A DNA stretch of 13,005 nucleotides. It comes from an uncultured Chloroflexia bacterium. Its GTDB lineage: Bacteria > Chloroflexota > Anaerolineae > JAAYZQ01. The DNA lies in assembly GCA_963700285.1 (NCBI GenBank), contig CAVOXA010000008.1, forward strand, positions 1 to 13,005, read 5' to 3'. Shown here one piece after another: positions 1-7,820 of this stretch; positions within the stretch are counted from its first letter, which is position 1, and every line of letters begins with the position of its first letter. The notes below the pieces were generated by a model, which was not told where the DNA came from, did no database searches, and saw nothing but the letters and a program-made list of their open reading frames with translations. The translations under genes and the position numbers were made by a program.

Positions 1-1
1 C

Positions 2-355
2 ACCATCTTTCTCGGATTGGCCATCGGCGCTACGATGACGGCCGAGCAGTTCCTCAACTGGAGGACGATTGGCATCCTGGCCATGGGCGTCGTGGCCTTT
101 GTTCTGGACACGGCTGGGGGTGTGCTCTTTGGCCAGCTCATGCGCATCTTTAGCGGCAACAAGTTCAACCCCCTCATTGGCGCCGCAGGCATCAGCGCCT
201 TCCCCATGTCGGCCCGTGTGGTGCACCGCGTCGCGCTGGAGGAAGACCCTTCCAATTTTCTGCTGATGCACGCCATGGGGGCCAACACGGCGGGCCAGAT
301 CGGTTCGGTCATGGCCGGCGGCGTGGTTCTCGCCCTGCTGGCCGGCAGCGGCTAG
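2..355 (+). CDS. oadB: Sodium ion-translocating decarboxylase beta subunit (OadB/MmdB/GcdB family), 3' end; 5' part lies outside the window
   Basis: Frame open from position 2: [12 protein letters not shown]...[19 protein letters not shown]...[18 protein letters not shown], hallmark C-terminal motifs of the family. Substrate specificity cannot be assigned. Confidence 0.93.
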   Translation, partial: TIFLGLAIGATMTAEQFLNWRTIGILAMGVVAFVLDTAGGVLFGQLMRIFSGNKFNPLIGAAGISAFPMSARVVHRVALEEDPSNFLLMHAMGANTAGQIGSVMAGGVVLALLAGSG

Positions 356-409
356 CCGCTCGTCATGCGGGGCCCTGCTTGCCGGGAAGGGTACGAGAGA
401 GACTCTCCC

Positions 410-1662
410 TCAGGGCGACCAGGTGCAGAACTCGTCACTGGACGGGTTCTGGGTGATATTCTTCCATTGGCCTGTAGCCAGGTTCAGGATGAAGAGGTCT
501 TTGTTGCCCGGCTTGGAACTGTAGAGCACCAGGCGCTTGCCGTTCGGCGACCAGTCGGCCAGCCCCTCGGTGCTGTCTGGCGAGTTGGTGACGTTCCGCT
601 GGTTCGATCCGTCGGCGTTCATGACATAGATTTCCTGATCCCCGTCGCGGTTGGTGGAAAAAGTCATCTGGCTACCATCGGGCGACCACATCGTATAACG
701 ATCCTGCCCCGGCGTCTTGGTCAGGTTGGCCGCCCCCGAGCCGTCGATGTTCATCAGCCAAACCTCAGAATCGCCGGTGCGGTTCGACGTGAAGGCCATC
801 TGGTTGCCGTCCGGCGACCAGGCCGGGTAGCGGTCATCCGATGGGTGGTTCGTCAGGTTGGTCAGCCCGGAGCCGTCGAGGTTGACGGCCCAGATGTCCC
901 AATTGCCACTCCGGTCGCTCTGAAAGGCAATGCGCTGCCCGTCGGGCGACCAGGTGGGCCAGCCGTCGTTGGTGTTTTTGTCTGTCACGGCAAAGGGCTC
1001 ACCGACCCGCGTGCCGCTGGTCGGATCAAAATCCATGACGTAGATCGAACTCGGCCCGAGTCCCCATTTGCCCGCCACCGTATCTCGCAGCGAGACAAAG
1101 GCCACGCGCCGCCCATCAGGCGACCAGACCGGAGCCAAGTCGTCGGCCCAGGAGTTGGTCAGGTTGGTCAGCCTCGCGCCTGTGGGCGTCATGACAAAAA
1201 TTTCATAGTCGCCCATTCTCGCCGCGATCGCTCTCAAAGGCAATCCACTCCGGCCGCGGCGTGGCTGTTGGCGGCACGTGGGCGGCACCGTCGCCGGTAC
1301 AGGGGTAGCGGTTGGTGGTCCCAGGGTGGGCGTGGCGGAGGGCGCCGCCTGGCTGCCTCGGCCGGGGGGGCGCTGGTTGCGGTATCACCGGGAAGCGCGG
1401 TAGGGCTTGGCATTGCGCTTGGCGTCGAACTGGGCGTGACCGTGGGCGTTGGCAGAGCGGGTAGGGTCAAGGTCGCGATGGGGACCAGTGGGGTAAAGGT
1501 CGCTCGCATCGTGGGCCCCGCCGTCGGGCTGGCCGGGTCCCCATGGACCAACCGGGCAGCGCCAGGAACGTTCTGCACCAGTAACACACCTGCCACGACG
1601 GCGACGCACAGGCAAGCCGCTACAAGTGCAACTGCAATGAGGATCCATCGTTTCCGATCGAT
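410..1662 (-). CDS. Membrane-anchored TolB-like/PD40 beta-propeller protein with Pro/Thr-rich linker (about 3 apparent frameshifts near 1340, 1277, 1213; start uncertain)
   Basis: Joined frames give RKRWILIAVALVAACLCVAVVAGVLLV (anchor), PTPTVTPSSTPS...PSATPTLGPPTATPVP (linker), WIAFESDRG, then repeated WSPDG..(I/M)AF.S.R.G..(D/E)I..MN.DGS units. Confidence 0.85.
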
Positions 1663-1803
1663 ACCCTACAATTCCTTTTCCAGACCGTGTACCCTGCTCG
1701 GTCGCATACAGGCCTCATGGCGCAGGGCCAGGTTCATCATGCGCGTTTTCAGCGCGCTCCTGGAGCGCCAAGAACCATCGCTCAAACCGCCGAATAGCTA
1801 GCC

Positions 1804-1832
1804 ATTATACCACGGCCCGGATAGGTCAGCAA
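1804..1832 (-). promoter_or_regulatory. sigma70-type promoter for the PD40 gene
   Basis: Minus strand TTGCTG-17 bp-TATAAT with an extended -10 (TGGTATAAT). Confidence 0.75.
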
Positions 1833-1852
1833 TCCTCCTGCTAGCATCCACC

Positions 1853-2003
1853 AGGGTTGTTGCACAGTCGCGCTCGGCATCCTCCCGCAGGATTCTGGCA
1901 TGTAGTGCACCACCAGATCCTAGCAGAATCACCCAGTAGCAGGGCAGCAGTCAGCGCAATCCTGCGGGAGGATCGCCCGGTCAAGGTACTCTGCAACAAC
2001 CCT
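1853..2003. repeat. 151-bp nested inverted-repeat element (MITE/REP-like)
   Basis: Outer IR AGGGTTGTTGCA 1853-1864 / TGCAACAACCCT 1992-2003 (15/16 if extended). Inner perfect 16-bp IR ATCCTCCCGCAGGATT 1879-1894 / AATCCTGCGGGAGGAT 1958-1973. Confidence 0.75.
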
Positions 2004-2092
2004 CAAGCATTGACGGGGCCATGGCAGATGGCTGGAGACAGTACTGTACCGGTCCGAATCCCTATCTCAGGGATGCTGTGGCTCGCAGGGAG

Positions 2093-2118
2093 TGGATTCC
2101 CGCCTTCGCTGGAATGAC
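2093..2118. repeat. Half of a GTCATTCCCGCGAA.GCGGGAATCC-type extragenic palindrome
   Basis: TGGATTCCCGCCTTCGCTGGAATGAC resembles the right arm of this widespread REP-like repeat; no left arm is visible. Confidence 0.6.
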
Positions 2119-2178
2119 ACATCTGCGGCGTCTCTACCTGCCGGTCCAGGCGTCACGCCGGCCCTCCCGAACCGGCGC

Positions 2179-2207
2179 TTGCTTCCTGGACCCAGGTACG
2201 GTATAAT
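2179..2207 (+). promoter_or_regulatory. sigma70-type promoter for the phosphatase/kinase genes
   Basis: TTGCTT-17 bp-TATAAT; AGGAG at 2244-2248 precedes the CDS. Confidence 0.75.
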
Positions 2208-2251
2208 GGCGGCATCTCAGCGAGTTTTCTACCATTCGAGAACAGGAGAGC

Positions 2252-3000
2252 GTGCCGGCAGCCATGGATCTTGTCCCCAAACTCGAGGTTGAAGTGGCCG
2301 TGGCCAAGGTCAGCAAATACGCCGTCAGCGAGAGCGGCGACAGTGTGGAACTGATCGAGCGGCCCCACGGCGGTCTGTCGCTGGTTGTCGTTGACGGCCA
2401 GCGCAGCGGCAAATCCGCCAAGGCCAGTCGGCAACATCGTCGCGCGAAAAGCAGTGTCCCTTCTGGCTGACGGGGTTCGAGATGGAGCCGCAGCCCGCGC
2501 CGCGCACGACTATTTGCGCACGCTGCGCGGTGGGCAGGTATCGGCCACCCTCAACATCCTCTCCCTGGACCTGGTGACCCGAACTATCGTCGTCTCGCGC
2601 AACAGCCACTGCCCGGGTACTGCTCGCCCATGGCGCGGAGGGCGAGGTGCGCGTGCTGGACGAGCCCAGCAAGGCCATCGGCATCCATGCCCGGACCCGG
2701 CCCGTCATTGACGAACTGCCCATCGTGCCCGATCTGGACGTCGTCGTGTTTACCGATGGCGTGCTGTCGGCCGGAATCCGCTACATGGAACGCCTCGACG
2801 TGGTAGATTTCGTACGCTGCCAGTTGCAGGGCCGCCCCGCCGTCGGCCATGCCCGCTCTCTGGCCGACGCGTTGCTGGCCCGCGCCGTCGAGCTGGATCG
2901 CGGCCGTCCCGGGGACGACGTGACGGTCGTCGTCGTTTCGGTTGTGGCCCGCCGGCAGCCCGACGATGTGCGTCGCCTGTCGGTGCGCTTGCCTATCTGA
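2252..3000 (+). CDS. Stand-alone PP2C/SpoIIE-family phosphatase (2 apparent frameshifts near 2427 and 2615; start GTG 2252 or ATG 2264)
   Basis: Joined ORFs 2252, 2385 and 2647 give the PPM motifs in order: [33 protein letters not shown]. Confidence 0.88.
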
Positions 3001-3112
3001 GCTGGCAGCCATGGACTTGGACCTGCGGCCCACCTGAACGGAAGGGGCGCCCGCGGACCAAAACTCAACAGGCCGGCAGGCCTGCTTGAGTCAATTCGCA
3101 GGTTGGGGGACC

Positions 3113-3460
3113 ATGCGTATCAAAGTGGTGGGGCCTTGCGCTTCCGGCAAGAGCGTGCTGGTAGCCGAGCTGCGGGCCGTGGGCTGCGATGCCCACTCGG
3201 CTGCTCAGGACCATTCCTACGTGCCCGACATGTGGCGGCGGCTCGACCCACCGGATGTCCTCATCTATCTGGATGTCACCCTGGCCGAGGCCTGGAAGCG
3301 AGGCCGGTCGGGCGTTGGCTGGGACCAGGACTACCTGGACGAGGAACATCATCGGCTGCGCCACGCTCGCGCCCACTGCGATTTCTACCTGCCTACCGAT
3401 GGGCTGACCCAGGAACAGGTGCTCCAGGAGGTACTGGCTTTTCTGGAGCATTTTGAGTGA
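3113..3460 (+). CDS. Small (115 aa) P-loop NMP-kinase-like protein
   Basis: IKVVGPCASGKS (Walker A after the first beta strand), PDVLIYLDVT and a C-terminal TDGLTQEQVLQEV, as in NMP-kinase folds; GGGGGA before ATG 3113. Confidence 0.75.
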   Translation: MRIKVVGPCASGKSVLVAELRAVGCDAHSAAQDHSYVPDMWRRLDPPDVLIYLDVTLAEAWKRGRSGVGWDQDYLDEEHHRLRHARAHCDFYLPTDGLTQEQVLQEVLAFLEHFE

Positions 3461-3495
3461 CTGCTGATATCTGAGAATCCCCTTTGAGTCGATGC

Positions 3496-4430
3496 TCAGT
3501 CCTCCACCGGCACCGGTACCGTGTTGACGACCTCCATCACGACCTCCTCCGGCCGCCGGCCCCTGAGGCGCGTCTGGGGACTTATGATCAGGCGGTGGGT
3601 CAGGACGTGGTGCCAGTTGCTTGACGTCGCGGGGATCACGAATTCGCGGCCCCGGATAGCGGCCAGCGCCTGCGACGTGTGGTAGAGCGCCATCGTCGCC
3701 CGCGGGCTCACGCCTAGCTCCACCTCGTCGTGCGTGCGCGTGCCCGGCCGTCGTTGACGATATACTCGCGTACCGATTCTTCGACGCGTACGGTCTCGTA
3801 CGTACCGCTGCATGTCGAGTAGCTCTCCGCCTCGACCACCGGCTCCAGCGCCTCCAGGGGGTCCCGGCGCTCATAGCGCAGCGGGACTTCGTTTTCCTCC
3901 TCCTCGTCGGGGTAGCCCAGGGCGATCCGCATCAGGAATCGGTCCACTTGTGCCTCCGGCAGGGGAAGGCCGCCTCCAACTCGATGGGGTTCTGAGTGGC
4001 CAGTACCAGAAAGGGGCGGGGGAGGGTGTCATCGTCTCGACGTCTACGGTCACCTGTCTTTCCTGCATCGCCTCTAGCAGGGAGCACTGCGTGCGGGGGG
4101 TGGCACGGTTGATCTCGTCGGCCAGGACGATCTGGAACATATGGGTCCGGGCCGGAATTCGAACTCCGTTCTCTTCTGATTGAAATAGTGGATGCCCGTC
4201 ACGTCGGCTGGCAACAGGTCGGGTGTGAACTGGATCCGCCTAAACGTACAGGCCAGGCTGCGGGCTATGGCCCGGGCCAGCGTTGTCTTGCCGATGCCCG
4301 GAACGTCCTCCAGCAAGATGTGTCCTTCGCACAGCAGCGCCACCAGGCATAGCTCGATGACGTCTTCCTTGCCCACGATCACCTGCATCACGTTTTCGGT
4401 GATCTTTTGCACGCTCGCTCGTATATCCAT
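3496..4430 (-). CDS. moxR: MoxR-family AAA+ ATPase (at least six apparent indels; sequencing error or pseudogene)
   Basis: [82 protein letters not shown] and VLTHRL occur in order across frames; RBS AAGGAG before ATG 4430. Confidence 0.92.
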
Positions 4431-4501
4431 GTTGGCTCCTTGTCACCTGATCCTGCACGCCAACCGCCCAAAGACCGGCGCGGTTCATCCAGGCCGCTCC
4501 C

Positions 4502-4510
4502 AGTATACCA
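4502..4510 (-). promoter_or_regulatory. Probable extended -10 promoter for moxR
   Basis: Minus strand TGGTATACT about 70 bp upstream of the ATG; no convincing -35. Confidence 0.45.
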
Positions 4511-4645
4511 TCATTTGGACCTCAACCGAAATCAGCGCCGGGACGGCGCCCTCGCTTCTTACCGCGGTTCTTTACAACCGGGACGGAGAACACAGGGTGA
4601 GACAGATGTTACGCTTTTCTCAGCATCCTCCGTGGCAGCGCCGAC

Positions 4646-4992
4646 AGGGCTGTTGCGTTGTCCCTTGACATGCACTGCCTGCCAGGACTGTCATTGCGAG
4701 GCGCGCTGTTTGCGCCGTGGCAATCCCCAGGGCACAAGTGGAGATCGCTTTCCCTCGGCAGGCTCGGTACAGGCGCTGACGTACATGACACAATCCTGTC
4801 ACTGCGAGGCCCGCCGTTTGGGCCGAGGCACCGCCACGAGGCCTCGCGGTGACAGTCTCCACTTGTGTAGTTGGGGATTGCTTTCGCTCCGGCAAAAAGC
4901 GCCTCCGCTCGCAATGACGAGGTCAGGTGTCATTCCTATTAGAGTGGCGCCTGTGCCATGGAACCTCGCGATGACGACTTTGCAGCAGCCCT
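4646..4992. repeat. 347-bp composite palindromic element: GTCATTGCGAG...CTCGCAATGAC-type repeats inside AGGGCTG(T/C)TGC terminal inverted repeats
   Basis: Termini AGGGCTGTTGC 4646-4656 / GCAGCAGCCCT 4982-4992 (10/11). Nested pairs 4690-4700/4908-4918, 4720-4729/4872-4881, 4733-4744/4856-4867 and 4796-4810/4841-4855; further degenerate unit about 4928-4976. Confidence 0.8.
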
Positions 4993-5012
4993 AGCAGCGC
5001 CGGGGACGGCCC

Positions 5013-5041
5013 TTGCAGCCTGGCCGGCTTTGGGGTATAAT
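5013..5041 (+). promoter_or_regulatory. sigma70-type promoter
   Basis: TTGCAG-17 bp-TATAAT. Confidence 0.75.
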
Positions 5042-5133
5042 GTTGGCACTCGATCGAAGCTAGCGATATGTGGATGCTGCCATGTAAAGCCCGCAGGCGT
5101 GAGGATTCCTGCCGGTGACGAAGGGAGGTAGCG

Positions 5134-5391
5134 ATGGCCGAATTGCAGCCCATTGGTACCGTGATCCACTACTGGACCCGCCTGGGCGTCGCGGGCGTGG
5201 AACTGACCGCTACCCTCAAGATGGACGATCGCGTCCACTTTCTGGGCACCACCACCGACTTTGAACAGTGTGTCACCTCCATGCAACTCAACAAACGCTT
5301 CATCAACGAGGGCTTTGCCGGACAGCAGGTAGGCATCCTCGTTGCCGACCGCGCGCGTGCCGGCGACACCGTCTACCGCGTCCAGGAGTAA
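5134..5391 (+). CDS. Small translation-elongation-factor-domain-II-like / U32-peptidase-C-terminal-like beta-barrel protein
   Basis: IGTVIHYWTRLGVAGVEL...GTTTDFEQ.V.SMQ...GQQVGI.V..RAR.GD.VY pattern; strong RBS GGGAGGT. Confidence 0.8.
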   Translation: MAELQPIGTVIHYWTRLGVAGVELTATLKMDDRVHFLGTTTDFEQCVTSMQLNKRFINEGFAGQQVGILVADRARAGDTVYRVQE

Positions 5392-5520
5392 CCTGACTCA
5401 CACAACCCGAGATCCACTCACCGCCGCCCAGGGCCAAAGCCTCGCGCGCGGCCATTCGTCCCTGTCCAGATCTCTCTATCGGCCAGCCCGAGCCTTGCCA
5501 TGCCCTCCCCGGGCCGCCCG

Positions 5521-5539
5521 CCCTGAGCGAAGCCGAAGG
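5521..5539. repeat. Fragment of a CCTGAGCGAAG.CGAAGG-type REP-like repeat
   Basis: CCCTGAGCGAAGCCGAAGG in the intergenic gap; single arm only. Confidence 0.45.
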
Positions 5540-5576
5540 CCCTCAGTTCTCCACGCTTCACTCCCCCCTCTCCAAC

Positions 5577-5606
5577 TTGTCCTCCGGCCCGCTAAACGGT
5601 TATAAT
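5577..5606 (+). promoter_or_regulatory. sigma70-type promoter for the S9 peptidase
   Basis: TTGTCC-18 bp-TATAAT; RBS GGAGG at 5639-5643. Confidence 0.65.
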
Positions 5607-5650
5607 AACGGCCACGAACTTTTGGAACCCATCACAACGGAGGAAACCCA

Positions 5651-7690
5651 ATGATGCAGACCCATATTACCATCGATGACCTATACAACATCGTGAGTCT
5701 CTCTGACCCCCGTTTCAGCCCCGACGGCCAGTGGCTGGCCTACGTCCGTACCGAGATGGATCGCAAGGTCAACGGCTACAAGAGCGCCATCTGGACCATG
5801 CCTGCCCGCGGCGAGGGGAAACGGGGCCGGCCTTTCACCAGTGGTGACAAGCGCGACAGCTCCCCGCGCTGGTCACCCGATGGCCGCTGGCTGGCCTTTG
5901 TCTCTGACCGCGGCGACGACAAGACCAAGCCCCAGATCTATCTCATGCCCACCGATGGCGGCGAGGCCCGCCGCCTGACGGCCATGGAGAACGGTGCTGG
6001 CGAGCCGCAATGGTCCCCGGACGGCAAGCGACTGGCCTTCACCTCGCGGCTGAACGCTACAGAGATGGCGCAGGAACTCTCGGCCGCGGACGAGCCCGAG
6101 ACGGCGCCCGATCCCGACGAGATCAAGCGCCGCGCTGAGGAGAAGGCAAAGGCGGAGGCAGCAAAGACCGACCCCCGCGTCATCGACCGCTTTGTCTACC
6201 GCGCCGGCACCAGTTACTACGACGACCGTACCGCCCACCTTTACGTCCTGGACCTGGATGTCGAGACAGGCGAGGTGGTGGGCCGGCCCCAGCGCCTGAC
6301 CCAGGATGAGCGCAACTATGCCGATCCCCACTGGTTGCCCGATGGCAGCGCTCTGCTGGCTACCGTCGACCGCCGGCCGGGTGAGGACGACTTTTTCTCC
6401 TACCCTGACCTCGTTCGTGTCCCACTGGATGGCGGTCAGCCCCAGTTCCTCACCGGGCCCGAGACCGCCGACCACAATCCCCGGCCCTCGCCCGACGGGC
6501 GGTGGATCGCCTACAATAGCCTGCCCGGCGACGTGTGGTCCATTGCCAACGCCGAAATCAAGCTGATCCCCGCCTCGGGCGGCGAGCCCCGGGTGCTCAC
6601 GGCTGAACTGGATGCCCACGCCCAGGAACTCTGCTGGAGCCCTGATGGTGCATCCATCTATTTCCTGGTCGGCGAGAAGGGCCGCGTCGACCTGCGCCGC
6701 CTGTCCCTGGACGGAGGCTCTATCGAGACCGTCTCTGGCGGCGAGCGCGAGATCGAGGCCTACGCGCTATCTCCCGATGCCAGCCAGGTGGGTTTTGTGG
6801 CCAGTACCGACCGCGCGCCCTACGACCTCTATGTCGCCGACCTTGAGGGCTCTGAGCGTCCCCTGACCCAGGCCAACGGCGGCTGGCTGGCCGGGAGAAC
6901 CCTGGGCGATGTCGAGGACCTCTGGTTCGAGGGCCCCGACGGTATGCCCATTCACGGCTGGATCGTCAAGCCCCCTGACTTTGACCCGGGGCAGAAATAT
7001 CCGCTGGTCCTGTCCATACATGGTGGCCCGCACGCCATGTGGAGCCGCCACGGAGCCTCCATGTGGCATGAGTGGCAGGTCCTGGCCGCGGCCGGCTATG
7101 TCGTTTTTGCCTCCAATCCCCGCGGCTCCGACGGCTATGGCCGCGATTTTCGGGCCGCGGCCCTCAACCGCTGGGGCGAGGCCAATCTGCCCGACCTGCT
7201 GGCCGGCCTGGAGCTGGTACTGGCCAAAGGCTACGTCGACGCTGAGCGCCTGGTCGTCACCGGCGGCTCTTACGGCGGCTTTATGACCGCCTGGATCGTG
7301 GGCCACGACGACCGCTTCAAGGCCGCGGTCTCCCAGCGCGGAGTCTATGACCTCATCAGCTTTTACAGCACCACCGACATCCCGCGCTTTGCCGAGCGCG
7401 AGTTCGGCTGCCCACCGTGGGAGGATCCCGAGCTGATGTGGAAGTACTCGCCTTTGGCCTACGTCGAGAACGTGCATACGCCGCTCCTGCTCCTCCATTC
7501 CGAGAACGACTACCGCGCGCCCATCCCTGCCGCCGAGGGCCTGTTTGTCGCCCTGCGCCGGCTCGGGCGCGAGGTCGAACTGGTGCGCTATCCCCGCGAA
7601 GGCCACGAGCTTTCCCGCAGCGGCGAGCCCAAGCACCGGGTAGACCGCTTGGAGCGCATAGTCGCCTGGTTTGACAAGTATGTGAAGTGA
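5651..7690 (+). CDS. S9-family (acylaminoacyl/dipeptidyl-aminopeptidase-like) serine peptidase, no signal peptide
   Basis: N-terminal PD40 propeller (SPDG repeats), then IHGGPH, NPRGSDGYG, catalytic GGSYGG, ENDYR (Asp) and EGHEL (His). Intact 679-aa ORF. Confidence 0.96.
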   Translation: MMQTHITIDDLYNIVSLSDPRFSPDGQWLAYVRTEMDRKVNGYKSAIWTMPARGEGKRGRPFTSGDKRDSSPRWSPDGRWLAFVSDRGDDKTKPQIYLMPTDGGEARRLTAMENGAGEPQWSPDGKRLAFTSRLNATEMAQELSAADEPETAPDPDEIKRRAEEKAKAEAAKTDPRVIDRFVYRAGTSYYDDRTAHLYVLDLDVETGEVVGRPQRLTQDERNYADPHWLPDGSALLATVDRRPGEDDFFSYPDLVRVPLDGGQPQFLTGPETADHNPRPSPDGRWIAYNSLPGDVWSIANAEIKLIPASGGEPRVLTAELDAHAQELCWSPDGASIYFLVGEKGRVDLRRLSLDGGSIETVSGGEREIEAYALSPDASQVGFVASTDRAPYDLYVADLEGSERPLTQANGGWLAGRTLGDVEDLWFEGPDGMPIHGWIVKPPDFDPGQKYPLVLSIHGGPHAMWSRHGASMWHEWQVLAAAGYVVFASNPRGSDGYGRDFRAAALNRWGEANLPDLLAGLELVLAKGYVDAERLVVTGGSYGGFMTAWIVGHDDRFKAAVSQRGVYDLISFYSTTDIPRFAEREFGCPPWEDPELMWKYSPLAYVENVHTPLLLLHSENDYRAPIPAAEGLFVALRRLGREVELVRYPREGHELSRSGEPKHRVDRLERIVAWFDKYVK

Positions 7691-7792
7691 AAGCTTGAAC
7701 CGCAAAGACGCAGCCGACTGGAAGGGAGTCGGTGAACGCGAAGGAAAACAAAAAAACATCTTTGGTTTTCTTTGCGTCTTTGCGGTGAGCTT
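7691..7792. repeat. ACCGCAAAG...CTTTGCGGT REP-like palindrome, copy 1 (may double as terminator)
   Basis: Perfect 14-bp IR ACCGCAAAGACGCA 7699-7712 / TGCGTCTTTGCGGT 7773-7786, with internal hairpin GCCGACT-N7-AGTCGGT; starts right after the peptidase stop. Confidence 0.75.
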
Positions 7793-7820
7793 GTTGATAT
7801 AGGAGGATCGAGTAACATTC

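Noticed and set aside
365-1801. 478-aa plus-strand ORF
   Set aside because: Antisense shadow of the PD40 gene in GC-rich DNA; no motifs, and promoter signals point the other way.
1801-2210. 11-bp inverted repeat GCCATTATACC / GGTATAATGGC bounding the intergenic region (invertible switch?)
   Set aside because: Explained by two divergent consensus -10 boxes; no recombinase nearby.
4646-4992. CRISPR array or tRNA
   Set aside because: Repeats are inverted and irregular rather than regularly spaced direct repeats; no cloverleaf with a T-loop was found.
4407-4994. 195-aa ORF and overlapping Cys-rich ORFs (CHCEAR)
   Set aside because: Translations of the GTCATTGCGAG palindromic repeats.
5043-5069. 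Possible CIRCE operator (TTGGCACTC)
   Set aside because: Only the left half-site; no GAGTGCTAA 9 nt downstream.
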